Origin: an uncultured Rhodothermales bacterium
GTDB lineage: Bacteria > Bacteroidota > Rhodothermia > Rhodothermales > VXPQ01
NCBI GenBank assembly: GCA_964608315.1
Contig: CAZSNF010000008.1
Span: 517-64,516 of the forward strand
Reading direction: 5' to 3'
DNA length: 64,000 nt
The notes below the pieces were generated by a model, which saw only the letters and a list, made by a program, of their open reading frames with translations, was not told the origin of the DNA and searched no databases. How positions within the stretch are numbered: position 1 is the first letter of the stretch; every line of letters starts with the position of its first letter. Below, piece after piece: positions 54,353 to 64,000 of the stretch. The translations under genes were made by a program, and so were the position numbers.

Positions 54353-57300
54353 ATGACCAGGCGCTCTGACGCTTCGACCCGGCCCCGATCAGGAAGGGCG
54401 CGGGTTGTTTTTGCAATAATTTTGCTGACCGCATGCCTTGGGGCGTGCGGCGGCCCGGACCTCCCGGAACCGGATTCCGAAACGTATCGCGAAACAGTTT
54501 CGGCGTTCTATACGGGTCTGGCGGCCATTGAATCGGGGATCGACCGGCAAGGCGAGGAAAATTTGCGTCGGGTAACGGAACTGGCGCCGGGAGAACCCTC
54601 GGCATGGGTTAATCTGGGGTTGCTCGCCATGCGACGGAACGACTATGCGCTGGCCTCGGAATATCTGACGGAAGCGGAAATCCTTGCGCCGGAAAACAGC
54701 ACGATCCGCCTGCTGCTCGGCCTGTTCGAGAAGAGCCAGGGCAACGTTGCGGAAACGACCCGGCGCTTGCAGGAGTCCGCGGCGCTGGATTCGACGAATG
54801 CGAAGGCGTTGTATGCGCTGGCCGAGCACCTCGCAGAAACCGGACGCGACTCCGAATCCGCGGGGCTGCTCGACGCCCTGTTGCAAGCGCATCCGGACAA
54901 TGGAGCCGCCCTCGTCCGGCGCGCCGGGGCGGCGGCGCGTTCCGGCGACGGCGAAACGTTGCGAAATACCCTGACGCATATCGAAACCTTGTCCGCGTCC
55001 TGGCCGGAAGAAGCTCTTGAGCAACTGACTGCCGCCGTCGCCGCCGTCGCCGATCCGGACGCGCTCGACTTTGCGACGGCCACGACCCACATTGCTTTTT
55101 TGCGGAACGTGCTGCTGCGGGTTTCCGCGTACCGACAGGATCTGCGGGCCATCCAGACGCCCGCCGAACAGGTCGGCGACTTGATGACGGGCTTTCTGCG
55201 ATTGCCCGAACCGCCCCCCGCCATCGCGCCCCGCGACGAACAGTTGACGTTCACTCCGCAACCGCTGAACGCCGAGGACAACCTTTGGCGCAGCGCGGCG
55301 GTGTTTTCTCCGGCGGGCGGCGATGCGGTCAGCGCCAACGAAGGCGACGAGGCAGCGAACGCCCCGGGCGTCGCGCTGGCGCTTGCAAACGAGGACGGCG
55401 TACATCTCCCGAACGGGCAAATACTCGAATGGCCCGGCGGCGACGGGCGAGAACCGCAGGGCGTAGCCGGCCTCGATTACGACTACGACTTTACGATGGA
55501 CCTTGCGCTGGTCGGCGCGGGCGGCTTGCGCATGTTCCGGCAGGACAGCACGGGAGCCTTTGCGGAAACCACCTCGCAACTCGGACTGCCCGGAGAGATT
55601 CTGACCGCTTCGCTTGCGAATGTATGGGCCGCGGACCTTGATCTGGAGGGCGACGTGGACCTGGTGGCGGCCCGCATCGAAGGCGCCCCCCTCGCCCTCC
55701 GAAACAACGGCGACGGAACGTTCGCGCCGATTGACCTTTTCGATGACGTCGAAGCGTTGCGGGGCTTTGCCTGGGGGGATTTCGACGCAGACGGAGACCC
55801 GGACGCTGCGCTCGTGGACGCAAGCGGAACGTTGCATCTTTTCGCCAACCGCCGCAGCGGACTTTTCGAACGACAGACTGCGGGGGAAACAGGGCGCATC
55901 CTCGCCGTCCGGCCAGCAGACCTGAACGGCGACGCTACGGTCGATCTGGCGGCGCTGCAAGGGGACGGAACGATTCTGCGGCTTTCCACCGACGACGAAG
56001 ACGCGAGCGCCGTATGGTCTTCGGAAGAAATCGCCCGCTGGGAAGGGCTGCCCGCGGACATAGCCCCCGGCGACGCGCGGCTCTTCGTCGCAGACCTGGA
56101 CAACAACGGCGGGCTGGACCTGGCGGCGGCCACGCCTGCGGGCGCCCGCCTCTGGCTGCGGGACGCGGACGAAGCGCATTCGGGCGGCGTTCTGCATCCG
56201 ACGGAACACGCCTTCTCCGAACATATCTTCGCCATCGCCGACCTGACCGCCAACGGACGGCTTGATCTGATCGGATTTTCCGAAACGGGCGCGCCGGTCC
56301 GGCTGGAAAACGAAGGGAGCATGCCCTACCACTGGAAACAGATGCATCTGCGCGCCGCCGAAGCGGTGGGCGACCAGCGCATCAATTCGTTCGGCATCGG
56401 GGGCGAGGTGGAAATCCGGGCCGGTTTATCCTTCCAGAAACAGGTGATCGAAGGACCGATCGTGCATTTCGGACTGGGTACGCACGCCGTGGCGGACATA
56501 GCCCGCATCGTGTGGCCCAACGGCAGCGTGCAGGCCGAGTTCGATCTGCTCTCCGGGGAAGTCGTGCTGGCGCAGCAGCGACTCAAGGGGTCATGCCCAT
56601 GGCTCTTTGCATGGAACGGGGAGCGCATCGACTTCGTCACCGACTTCATCTGGCGTTCGCCGCTGGGCCTCAAGATCAACGCCCAGGAAACGGCGGGGGT
56701 AATGACCACCGAGGACTGGGTCAAAATACGCGGCGATCAGTTGGCGCCCCGCCCCGGCGAGAACGGCGCGCCCCCCTGGTACGACGTGCGTATCACGGCG
56801 GAACTGTGGGAAACGCATTTCTTCGATCATGTTTCGCTTCTGGTCGTCGATCATCCCGACGATACCGAAATCTACGTGGACGAGCGGTTCGCCTTCCCTC
56901 CCCCTGAAATGAAGGTGCACGTAACCGCAAAACCCCATCCGATCGCGCAGGCATGGGACGATCTGGGCCAGGACGTAACCGATCTTCTTGCGGAAGAAGA
57001 CGGACGGTATCTCGCCACCTTCGGACACGGACAGTACCAGGGCGTCACGCGGGATCACTACGTGGAACTGACGCTGGAAAACATTCCGGACGATGCCCGA
57101 AACGGCCCGTTATGGCTTGTGGCTTCCGGCTGGGTTTATCCCACGGATAGCTCGATCAACATGGCGCTCGGACAAGGATCGCATGTCCCCCCGCAGGGAC
57201 TGCGCCTGGACGTCTCCGACGGCCGGGGCGGCTGGCGAACCATCCACCCCAACCTCGGCTTTCCCGCCGGCAAGACGAAAACAGTGCTCATAGACCTCTC

Positions 57301-57934
57301 GGACGTTTTTTCGGGGGGGCATGAAACCGACGCGCCGAATACTCCCGACCGTATGCGCCTGCGCCTGCATACGAATCTGGAAATTTTCTGGGACGCCTTT
57401 GCCTGGGCCGTCGGTCGGCCCGACGCCGAGACAATAACCCGGCGCCTGGCGCCCGATGCGGCGGACCTGCGCTACCGGGGCTTTTCGGAAACATACGAAG
57501 CGGACGCCTTCTCGCCGGAACTGCCCGTCTACGACGAATTGGCTGCAACAAGCCAGGTCTGGCGCGATCTCGTCGGCTATCACACGCGGTTCGGCGACGT
57601 GCGCGAACTGCTCGAAACCGTGGACGACCGGTACGTAATCATGAATGCGGCCGACGAAATGGCTTTCCGGTTCGAAGCCCCGCCGCCTCCGCCGGAAGGA
57701 TGGACACGCGATTTCGTACTCATCGGGGACGGATGGGTGAAGGACGGCGACTACAACACGGGCTTCTCCAAAACCGTGCTGCCGCTCCCCTCCCATGACG
57801 ACGCGGCCTACGCCACGCCTCCGGGACGGCTCGAAGACGATCCGGTGTACCGCCGTTTCCCGGACGACTGGGCAAACTATCACACCCGGTACGTCACGCC
57901 GGAACGCTTCCACGAAGCGATGCGAGTGGAGTAA
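54353..57934 (+). CDS. TPR + FG-GAP + ASPIC/UnbV (CRTAC1-like) lipoprotein
   Basis: In-frame ATG at 54353 gives the lipoprotein signal VVFAIILLTACLGACGG. The tracked start at 53831 would overlap fbaB by 470 nt. N-terminal TPR-like helices, then FG-GAP-like repeats (DLDLEGDVDLV, GDFDADGDPD, DLNGDATVDL, DLDNNGGLDL) and a UnbV-like C-terminal region. Confidence 0.75.
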   Translation: MTRRSDASTRPRSGRARVVFAIILLTACLGACGGPDLPEPDSETYRETVSAFYTGLAAIESGIDRQGEENLRRVTELAPGEPSAWVNLGLLAMRRNDYALASEYLTEAEILAPENSTIRLLLGLFEKSQGNVAETTRRLQESAALDSTNAKALYALAEHLAETGRDSESAGLLDALLQAHPDNGAALVRRAGAAARSGDGETLRNTLTHIETLSASWPEEALEQLTAAVAAVADPDALDFATATTHIAFLRNVLLRVSAYRQDLRAIQTPAEQVGDLMTGFLRLPEPPPAIAPRDEQLTFTPQPLNAEDNLWRSAAVFSPAGGDAVSANEGDEAANAPGVALALANEDGVHLPNGQILEWPGGDGREPQGVAGLDYDYDFTMDLALVGAGGLRMFRQDSTGAFAETTSQLGLPGEILTASLANVWAADLDLEGDVDLVAARIEGAPLALRNNGDGTFAPIDLFDDVEALRGFAWGDFDADGDPDAALVDASGTLHLFANRRSGLFERQTAGETGRILAVRPADLNGDATVDLAALQGDGTILRLSTDDEDASAVWSSEEIARWEGLPADIAPGDARLFVADLDNNGGLDLAAATPAGARLWLRDADEAHSGGVLHPTEHAFSEHIFAIADLTANGRLDLIGFSETGAPVRLENEGSMPYHWKQMHLRAAEAVGDQRINSFGIGGEVEIRAGLSFQKQVIEGPIVHFGLGTHAVADIARIVWPNGSVQAEFDLLSGEVVLAQQRLKGSCPWLFAWNGERIDFVTDFIWRSPLGLKINAQETAGVMTTEDWVKIRGDQLAPRPGENGAPPWYDVRITAELWETHFFDHVSLLVVDHPDDTEIYVDERFAFPPPEMKVHVTAKPHPIAQAWDDLGQDVTDLLAEEDGRYLATFGHGQYQGVTRDHYVELTLENIPDDARNGPLWLVASGWVYPTDSSINMALGQGSHVPPQGLRLDVSDGRGGWRTIHPNLGFPAGKTKTVLIDLSDVFSGGHETDAPNTPDRMRLRLHTNLEIFWDAFAWAVGRPDAETITRRLAPDAADLRYRGFSETYEADAFSPELPVYDELAATSQVWRDLVGYHTRFGDVRELLETVDDRYVIMNAADEMAFRFEAPPPPPEGWTRDFVLIGDGWVKDGDYNTGFSKTVLPLPSHDDAAYATPPGRLEDDPVYRRFPDDWANYHTRYVTPERFHEAMRVE

Positions 57935-58021
57935 ATCGGACTGTCGGATAAATACTTAGGGCCTGTTTCCTCGCGTCGCGCTGTCTTGACGACCTGCGCC
58001 GCAATCTGTATTTTAGGCCGC

Positions 58022-59224
58022 ATGAAACCGCTACGCCCGCTTGCCGCCGCGCTTCTGCTCGGAGCACTGCTTTTCCCGATACGGCGCGGATCTGCCCAGG
58101 CGCAGGATCCGCCCCGCTTTTTCCTTGAGGACGGGGACGCTGTCGTGCTGGCGGGAGACGCCCTCGTCGAAAACGCCCAGCATTTCGGTTATATCGAGGC
58201 GGCGCTCACGGTGCGCCGGTCCGGCCTGACCTTCCGCAACATCGGCTGGAGCGGCGACACGGTATTCGGGGAAGCGCGCGAGCACTACACCCATCCTCCC
58301 ACGGGATTCGAGCACCTTGTGGAGCAACTGACCTCTCCGAAACCCGCGGTGGCCGTGCTGGCGTACGGAGGCGGGCTGGCCTTCGAAAACGACGACGCCC
58401 TGTCCGAAGCGGTCGACGGGTATCATGCGCTCCTTGATACGCTGGCTGCGCGGGACATCCGCTGCGTACTCGTCTCTCCCGTCCCGCAGGACGAACGCAC
58501 TTCGCCCAACCCGAACGCAGCGGCGCTGAACGAACGGCTTGCCGCCGTACGGGACGCCATCAAAGAGGTAGCTGCCGTGCGCGGGTGCGGCTGGGCGGAT
58601 GTATTCGACGCCATGGCGGAGGAATACGAACAGGCGGCGCAGCAAGGCGAAACCCTCGCCGAACACGGAATTCGCCTGAACGAAGCCGGGTACCGGGCGC
58701 TGGCCCGCCGCCTCGTCGAAACGATGGAGCCGCTTCCGCCCGACCTTTCCGTCGATGTGTCCGTGGATGCGGATTCCGGAACCATCTCTGGCGGCGCGCG
58801 CCGCGAAGACGCCGAACAGGAACCCGGCGTCTACAGAATGATTCCGAATCGATTGCCCTATCCCCACGAAACGCGGCAGGTGACGATTACCGGATTGCCG
58901 AGAGGAACGTACCGCCTCGCCGCAGGAGGCCAGACGCTGGCCGCGGGTTCCGCCCGCGCATGGCGGGAAGGCCTTGCCATCCGCCCTCCCGCAGAAACCG
59001 AACAACTAACCGCCCTGCGCCGCGCCATCGTGGGCAAGAATCGGCTGTACTTCCGCCAGTACCGCCCGCAGAACGAAACTTACCTGGTGGGATTTCGGCA
59101 GTACGAACAAGGACAAAACGCCCCGGAACTCACCGAACTGGACCCCATCATTCACGAAAAGGAAAACGAGATCGGCCGGTTGCGTATGGGACGCCCGCTC
59201 GTTTTCACGCTGACCCGCGAGTAA
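58022..59224 (+). CDS. secreted SGNH/GDSL-like hydrolase-fold protein
   Basis: From ATG 58022: signal peptide, then VVLAGDALVE (block I-like) and NIGWSGDTV (block II-like). The C-terminal ~200 aa are unassigned. Confidence 0.45.
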   Translation: MKPLRPLAAALLLGALLFPIRRGSAQAQDPPRFFLEDGDAVVLAGDALVENAQHFGYIEAALTVRRSGLTFRNIGWSGDTVFGEAREHYTHPPTGFEHLVEQLTSPKPAVAVLAYGGGLAFENDDALSEAVDGYHALLDTLAARDIRCVLVSPVPQDERTSPNPNAAALNERLAAVRDAIKEVAAVRGCGWADVFDAMAEEYEQAAQQGETLAEHGIRLNEAGYRALARRLVETMEPLPPDLSVDVSVDADSGTISGGARREDAEQEPGVYRMIPNRLPYPHETRQVTITGLPRGTYRLAAGGQTLAAGSARAWREGLAIRPPAETEQLTALRRAIVGKNRLYFRQYRPQNETYLVGFRQYEQGQNAPELTELDPIIHEKENEIGRLRMGRPLVFTLTRE

Positions 59225-59225
59225 C

Positions 59226-62200
59226 ATGCGACGATTTCTTCTGGCCATAGCCAGCCTTGCGATCGTTCCCCCGCTGGCTGCGCAGTCCAGCCTGACCAAT
59301 ATCCCGGACCCCGATCCGATGGCCCAGATGGCGGCGCTGCACATAGCGGAAGGCTTCGAAATCAACCTTTTCGCCGCCGATCCCATGATCGATCCGCCTA
59401 TCCAGATGGCGTGGGACGAACAGGGGCGCTTGTTCGTGGCGACCAGCGCATCCTATCCGCAGCCCGTCGCGGGACAAGCAGCCAACGACAAGATATTCAT
59501 GCTGGAGGATACGGACGGCGACGGGTCGGCGGATCGCTCCATCCTGTTCGCCGACAGTTTGCTGACGCCCACGGGCGTACTGCCCGGCGACGACGGCGTA
59601 TACGTGGCCAATTCCACGGAAATCCTGCACCTGCGGGACACGAACGGGGATGGACGGGCCGACCGGCGGCGCGTGGTCCTTTCGGGATTCGGCGCAGACG
59701 ACACCCACCATATCATCCACCGCTTTTTGTGGGGTCCCGACGGCCTTTTTTATCTGAATCAGTCCGTTTATATCTACAGCCATATCGAAACCCCCTGGGG
59801 GGTGCGGCGACTCAAACAGGGCGGAATCTGGCAATTCGAACCCTCCACCCTGAAACTGAACGTGCTGGCGCGCGGCATGTGGAACTCGTGGGGATACGAT
59901 TTCGACCAGTGGGGACAATCGTTCGCCACGGACGGAGCAGGCGGAGAGGGCGTGTATTTCATTTTTCCCCAGGCGGCTTATACGCCCGCCTACGGAGCCG
60001 CCCGGACGCTCGCGGGCCTGAATCCGCAGCATCCCAAATATGCAGGGCTGGCGTTTCTTTCCGGCAGGCATTTTCCCGACTCCCTGAGCGGGCAACTCAT
60101 CACCAGCGACTTTCGGGCGAACCGGGTCAAACGATTTGCGCTCGCCGAGGACGGCAGCGGCTTTTCGTCCGAGGAACAGGAGGATTTGATCTGGACGGAT
60201 CATGTGGCGTTCCGACCCGTGGATTTGAATGTGGGACCGGACGGCGCACTGTATCTGGCCGACTGGTACAACCCGATCATCCAGCATGGCGAAGTGGATT
60301 TTCGCGATCCGCGCAGGGATCACCGGCATGGACGGATCTGGCGCATTACTGCTGCGGGACGGCCGCTCGCGAAGCCGCCGGACCTGCGCGACGCCTCGAC
60401 AGAAGATTTGCTTGCGGCCCTTCGCTTGCCGGAAGCCTGGACGCGACGACAGGCCAAGCGTCTTCTCAGGGAACGCGGCGCGGAGGCAGTCGAGCCGGCG
60501 CTGGAGGCAGCAGTGGCCCGCCTGGATCGGAATGCGCCGGACGCCGCCCACGCATTGCTCCAGATGCTCTGGACATACCAGGCCATCGGGCGAATGAACG
60601 CGGACGTGCTCCGCGAAACGCTTGGGCTGCAAGATCATCGGGCGCGCGCCGCCGCCGTCCGCGTACTGGGACATTTTCCGGACCTGCTTCCCGACACGGA
60701 TACGTTGCTGGCCGCGTTGATCAACGACGAACACCCCCGCGTACGCAGGGAGGCCGTGCATGTGCTGGGCGAACGGGGCGCGGTGGCCGGCGCCGAAGCC
60801 GGGGCCAACGCTGCGAACGCAGCGTTGCGGGCGCTCGACCGTCCGATGGACGATTTTCTGGATTACGCATTGTGGCGCGCCATCCGGCAGCTGGAGCCGC
60901 ACTGGAGGCCGCGTTTCGAGCAGGACAGCACGTTCCTCGGCGAAAATATCCGGCATATAATTTTTGCCTTGCAGGCGGCGGAAGCGCCTGAAGCGGCGGC
61001 CCGCCTCGCAGCGCATTACACCCGGGGCAATATCCCCGACGAGCAGACGGCCAACGTACTGGAATCCCTTGCGGAACGCGGAGACGTCAGGGCCATGGAA
61101 GCGCTCCTGAACCTTGCAGTGCAGAACGAAACGCGGGGAGAAAACGGCGCGCTCGAACATCTCGACGCCTTGCTGACCGCCGCGGAAGACGAGGACCGCC
61201 GTCCCGCCGACGCTACCGACCGACTGCGAACGCTGCTCGAACGCGAGGACCCGGAAATCCGGGCGCGGGCGGCCCGCCTCGCCGGATACTGGGGCGAAAC
61301 GGCCTTGCGAACCGCCCTGACGGACCTCGTGGAAAAAGCAGACGAATCCTTGCAGGAAGCCGGGCTCGAAGGACTTGCCGCGCTTGGGGACAGCGCCAGT
61401 TTCGCCGCCCTGAAGGCGATTGTGGAAGATGCGGACCGCGCAGATCGTACAGATCGTCCGGTGGCGTTTCGGCTGGAAGCGGCCCGGCTCCTGCCCGCCG
61501 TCGATATAAAGCAAGCCGCGCCGGTCGCCCTTGCTTTTTTACAGGACTTGCAGGGCGTGGCGGACGATACGGACCCCTGGCCGCTTTTCAATGCCTTCCT
61601 CATGCAGGACGGCGGGCGGGACGTGCTGACAGACGCCTTGCGCGAGCACGGCGTCCCGGAAGCATTCGCGCAAAAAGGCCTGGATCGGATACGCGGACGC
61701 AACCGCAGTTACGAACCGCTTCGGGATGCGTTTCGGGCTTCGGGCGCGGTCTCCGAGGCGCCTCGCGTCGATCCGGACATGGACGGCTGGGCGTTGCAAC
61801 GCCTCCATTACGACGTGAAAGGAACGGGAGACCCTGCCCGCGGCGAAACGCTCTACGGACGGCTGCAATGCGGCAGTTGCCATGTGATTGGCGGGGCGGG
61901 CGGACTCGCAGGACCGGACTTGTCGACGATCGGGGTCACGGCCCCCATAGATTATCTTACGGAATCCCTGCTGAAACCCGAGCAGGCCGTCAAGGACGGG
62001 TATACCCTGATTCGCATCGTGCATACGGACGGCGGCATTGCGACGGGAAACCTCATGGGCGAAACGGAGACGGAAGTGCTGGTGCGGAACGCGGCGGGCA
62101 GCGTGGAGCGCATTCCCAAAAGCCGCATCCGGACGCGGGAAATCGTTCCGGGATCGCTCATGCCGGCGGGCCTCACCGCCTCGCTCGACCGAAAAGAGTT

Positions 62201-62717
62201 CGTGGACCTGGTGGCTTTTTTGTCCGCGCTGGGCGAAGAAGGACCGTATCGCGCACCCGCCTCGGCGGATGGGGAACAAACGGTGCGGAGATGGCGCGTA
62301 TGGCGACCATCCGACCCCGTGGTTGAGGAAATCCGGCGGGCAGGTCCCGTATTCGCTGTTACCGGAGAAGGCGTGGCCTGGGCGCCCATGCACAGTACGG
62401 TGGCGGGGGATTTGCCGCTTGCAGAACTGCCCGAAGCCGCCGGATACAGCATGGCGTACTTCGAAGTGGACGTCGAAACGCCCGCCCCGGTCATCCTGAC
62501 TGTGGAGCTGCCCGGCGGCGCGGGGGAAGGCGTCTCGGCCTGGGTGGACGGACAGCCCGCGCCCCTCGTCGAAGGGCGGATCGAATTCGCTGGCGAGGCA
62601 GGGCGGCAGCGGGTTATGCTGGCCGTGGATCGGGCGTTGCACAAAGAGGGCGCACTGCGGGCGAAACTGCCTGACGGAGCAAAAAACACGGGGGTTTCCG
62701 TTGCAAGGGAATGGTGA
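59226..62717 (+). CDS. PVC-type heme-binding CxxCH protein (beta-propeller dehydrogenase-like domain + HEAT repeats + cytochrome c domain)
   Basis: Signal peptide. N-terminal FAADPMI..PIQMAWDEQGRLFV and DTDGDG.AD motifs. Central HEAT-like repeats (RVRREAVHVLG…). C-terminal CGSCHVIGG...GPDLS cytochrome c motif. Confidence 0.7.
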   Translation: MRRFLLAIASLAIVPPLAAQSSLTNIPDPDPMAQMAALHIAEGFEINLFAADPMIDPPIQMAWDEQGRLFVATSASYPQPVAGQAANDKIFMLEDTDGDGSADRSILFADSLLTPTGVLPGDDGVYVANSTEILHLRDTNGDGRADRRRVVLSGFGADDTHHIIHRFLWGPDGLFYLNQSVYIYSHIETPWGVRRLKQGGIWQFEPSTLKLNVLARGMWNSWGYDFDQWGQSFATDGAGGEGVYFIFPQAAYTPAYGAARTLAGLNPQHPKYAGLAFLSGRHFPDSLSGQLITSDFRANRVKRFALAEDGSGFSSEEQEDLIWTDHVAFRPVDLNVGPDGALYLADWYNPIIQHGEVDFRDPRRDHRHGRIWRITAAGRPLAKPPDLRDASTEDLLAALRLPEAWTRRQAKRLLRERGAEAVEPALEAAVARLDRNAPDAAHALLQMLWTYQAIGRMNADVLRETLGLQDHRARAAAVRVLGHFPDLLPDTDTLLAALINDEHPRVRREAVHVLGERGAVAGAEAGANAANAALRALDRPMDDFLDYALWRAIRQLEPHWRPRFEQDSTFLGENIRHIIFALQAAEAPEAAARLAAHYTRGNIPDEQTANVLESLAERGDVRAMEALLNLAVQNETRGENGALEHLDALLTAAEDEDRRPADATDRLRTLLEREDPEIRARAARLAGYWGETALRTALTDLVEKADESLQEAGLEGLAALGDSASFAALKAIVEDADRADRTDRPVAFRLEAARLLPAVDIKQAAPVALAFLQDLQGVADDTDPWPLFNAFLMQDGGRDVLTDALREHGVPEAFAQKGLDRIRGRNRSYEPLRDAFRASGAVSEAPRVDPDMDGWALQRLHYDVKGTGDPARGETLYGRLQCGSCHVIGGAGGLAGPDLSTIGVTAPIDYLTESLLKPEQAVKDGYTLIRIVHTDGGIATGNLMGETETEVLVRNAAGSVERIPKSRIRTREIVPGSLMPAGLTASLDRKEFVDLVAFLSALGEEGPYRAPASADGEQTVRRWRVWRPSDPVVEEIRRAGPVFAVTGEGVAWAPMHSTVAGDLPLAELPEAAGYSMAYFEVDVETPAPVILTVELPGGAGEGVSAWVDGQPAPLVEGRIEFAGEAGRQRVMLAVDRALHKEGALRAKLPDGAKNTGVSVAREW

Positions 62718-62848
62718 GGCGCGGCCGCGCAGTTTGCCTCATGATCCCGCGCCGCGCCGCGCCGCGCCCGCCCGCACCGCGCCCGCCAACGCCGAACGCC
62801 TGCATGGTACGCCCAATTTCCCCCGGGGAAATGTCCAGGCGGCAAGCC

Positions 62849-62865
62849 AAATCAGCGTGTCCTTA
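62849..62865. repeat. solo MITE-like terminus
   Basis: aatcagcgtgtccttaa matches the termini at 33173-33191 and 35609-35625. Confidence 0.5.
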
Positions 62866-62872
62866 AAGAAAC

Positions 62873-62911
62873 AAGGCCCTCCCTCTTGCGAGGAAGGGCC
62901 TTTGCTGTTTT
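62873..62911. terminator. bidirectional intrinsic terminator-like hairpin
   Basis: aaggccctccctc ttgc gaggaagggcctt, followed by tgctgtttt on the plus strand and preceded by aaagaaac (T-rich on the minus strand). Lies between convergent genes. Confidence 0.65.
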
Positions 62912-62950
62912 GACCACGAACAATAGCAGGCCCTTTACGGCCAACGCTGC

Positions 62951-64000
62951 TTATTTGACAAGCGTCATATGCCGAACCTGACGGAATTCAGGCGTTTCCA
63001 GCGAGTAGAAATACCCGCCGCTCGCCAGTTGCGCGCCGGACGCCGTACGACCATCCCATTGCACCTGGTGCGTTCCGGGCTGTTGCATCGTCCCGTTCAC
63101 CAGGGTCGTTACGACGCGGCCTAACGCATCGTATACGCGCACGGTGACAACCGTAGCCTCCATAATCTCGTACTCGATGGTCGTGGAGGGATTGAACGGA
63201 TTCGGATAGTTCTGGCGCAATACGAACTGTTCGGGAAGCTCGAACGGCTCGTCTTCCGCGCTGGTCGATTCGCTGCGCATGAATTTCTGGCACGAGGGAG
63301 CAGCCTGGTTGAACTGGCATACATAGGCCGTCATCCCGTCCGGGGAAAAGGCGATGCCTCTGGGCCGACCTTCTCCCACGGAGGCGGCGGGGTCCTTCGT
63401 CGTATTCCACTTGATGCTGTCGAGCGCTACAGGAATCATATCCACGGCAAGATCATCAATATCGAACGCGTAATGGGTCTGGATCGACCAGGACGTTGCG
63501 ACCGTGTCGCCGTCTGCGCCTACGTAGGTGTTCGCCGCATCGTTTGCCGAACCGGCTCCCACCCACAGTTGGCCTTTCGAATCGAAGCCAAACGATTCCG
63601 CAGAAACGCCCGGAATCACGACGCCCAGGGAATCGTATTCCGAAAATTCATCGGCGCGTTTGTATTCGATAACCGCCCTGTTCGTATAACCCGCCCAGAA
63701 AATGCGATTTCCGTCCGCCGATACCGCAAAATCCCGCGAAAAACCCGGAGCGGCCTCCACCGCGTTGCCCACGACGGTCAAATCGTCCGGGTTAAGCATG
63801 ATGATGGGTTGCGCAGGACATACGGCGCCTACGAAAACGTTGTTGTCGCTTGCCGCCGCCTCGGCGAGCGAGCAAAAAACCGGAAAGGTGTTTTTGGCAA
63901 GCGCCGCACCGGTCTTGTAATCCAGTTTATACAGCGTTTTCCACTGGGATACAAGGATATTTCCAGCCATGTCCGTCGAAAGGCCGCGTCCGCTTTTGCC
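62951..64000 (-). CDS. beta-propeller-like secreted protein with T9SS C-terminal sorting domain (N-terminus beyond window end)
   Basis: C-terminal QNYPNPFNPSTTIEY...GGYFYSLET...MTLVK. The reading frame stays open upstream of the tracked ATG (63970) to the window edge. Confidence 0.7.
   Translation of the reverse strand, partial: GKSGRGLSTDMAGNILVSQWKTLYKLDYKTGAALAKNTFPVFCSLAEAAASDNNVFVGAVCPAQPIIMLNPDDLTVVGNAVEAAPGFSRDFAVSADGNRIFWAGYTNRAVIEYKRADEFSEYDSLGVVIPGVSAESFGFDSKGQLWVGAGSANDAANTYVGADGDTVATSWSIQTHYAFDIDDLAVDMIPVALDSIKWNTTKDPAASVGEGRPRGIAFSPDGMTAYVCQFNQAAPSCQKFMRSESTSAEDEPFELPEQFVLRQNYPNPFNPSTTIEYEIMEATVVTVRVYDALGRVVTTLVNGTMQQPGTHQVQWDGRTASGAQLASGGYFYSLETPEFRQVRHMTLVK

Noticed and set aside
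41812-61514. Other long antisense or out-of-frame ORFs (41812-44004 -, 45890-49024 +, 50125-53004 +, 53019-54332 -, 54389-56347 -, 59205-61514 -), and also 23668-25176 - outside this range
   Set aside because: Each lies opposite or out of frame with a gene that has clear domain signatures (DUF5916, SusC, CRTAC1-like, FbaB, PVC-type protein, Calx-beta protein). Their sequences are R/G/P-rich with no recognisable motifs.

Overview
High-GC window (sampled 60-nt lines about 65-72% G+C) from a Bacteroidota/Rhodothermota-like bacterium. The taxon call rests on a SusC/SusD pair, four proteins with T9SS C-terminal sorting domains and two DUF5916/CBM9-like outer-membrane proteins. Ordinary content: ROK kinase and SIS protein, MFS sugar porter and LysR regulator, an intradiol-dioxygenase-like protein, a HAD-II plus DehI-like dehalogenase pair, tRNA-Arg(ACG), a thiO-thiS-thiG-thiE-thiD operon, feoA-feoA-feoB and a class-I FBP aldolase. 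There is also a SusCD locus with two giant FG-GAP/ASPIC lipoproteins, an SGNH hydrolase, a PVC-type heme-binding protein, a cytochrome-c/porin fusion followed by a pentaheme cytochrome, an HTTM protein and a DCC oxidoreductase. Three things stand out. (1) A roughly 9 kb compositionally mosaic defence island (2.3-11.3 kb) holds three C5 DNA methyltransferases, two PD-ExK restriction-endonuclease candidates and vsr plus a vsr remnant, with 143-bp direct repeats bracketing one R-M cassette. On its minus strand sits a module of C5-MTase, then a GHKL (MORC-like) ATPase fused to a PD-(D/E)xK nuclease-like domain, then a very AT-rich SIR2-like gene split by a frameshift in an A8 tract. This module is my best candidate for an undescribed defence system, but the SIR2 gene looks degenerate. 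(2) A dense family (at least 10 copies in 64 kb) of 48-262 bp nested-palindrome, MITE-like intergenic elements has TTAAGGA..CTCTGATTAA termini. These termini repeatedly contain the stop codons of flanking genes, one pair of copies brackets a second R-M system (Dam-family MTase plus REase), and one subfamily carries its central loop in both orientations. (3) A 15-20 bp palindrome (TATGCAA-TTT-TTGCATA) occurs four times beside tRNA-Arg and a truncated TonB-dependent receptor, and again upstream of the LysR gene. All family assignments come from motif recognition by eye; no database search was possible.
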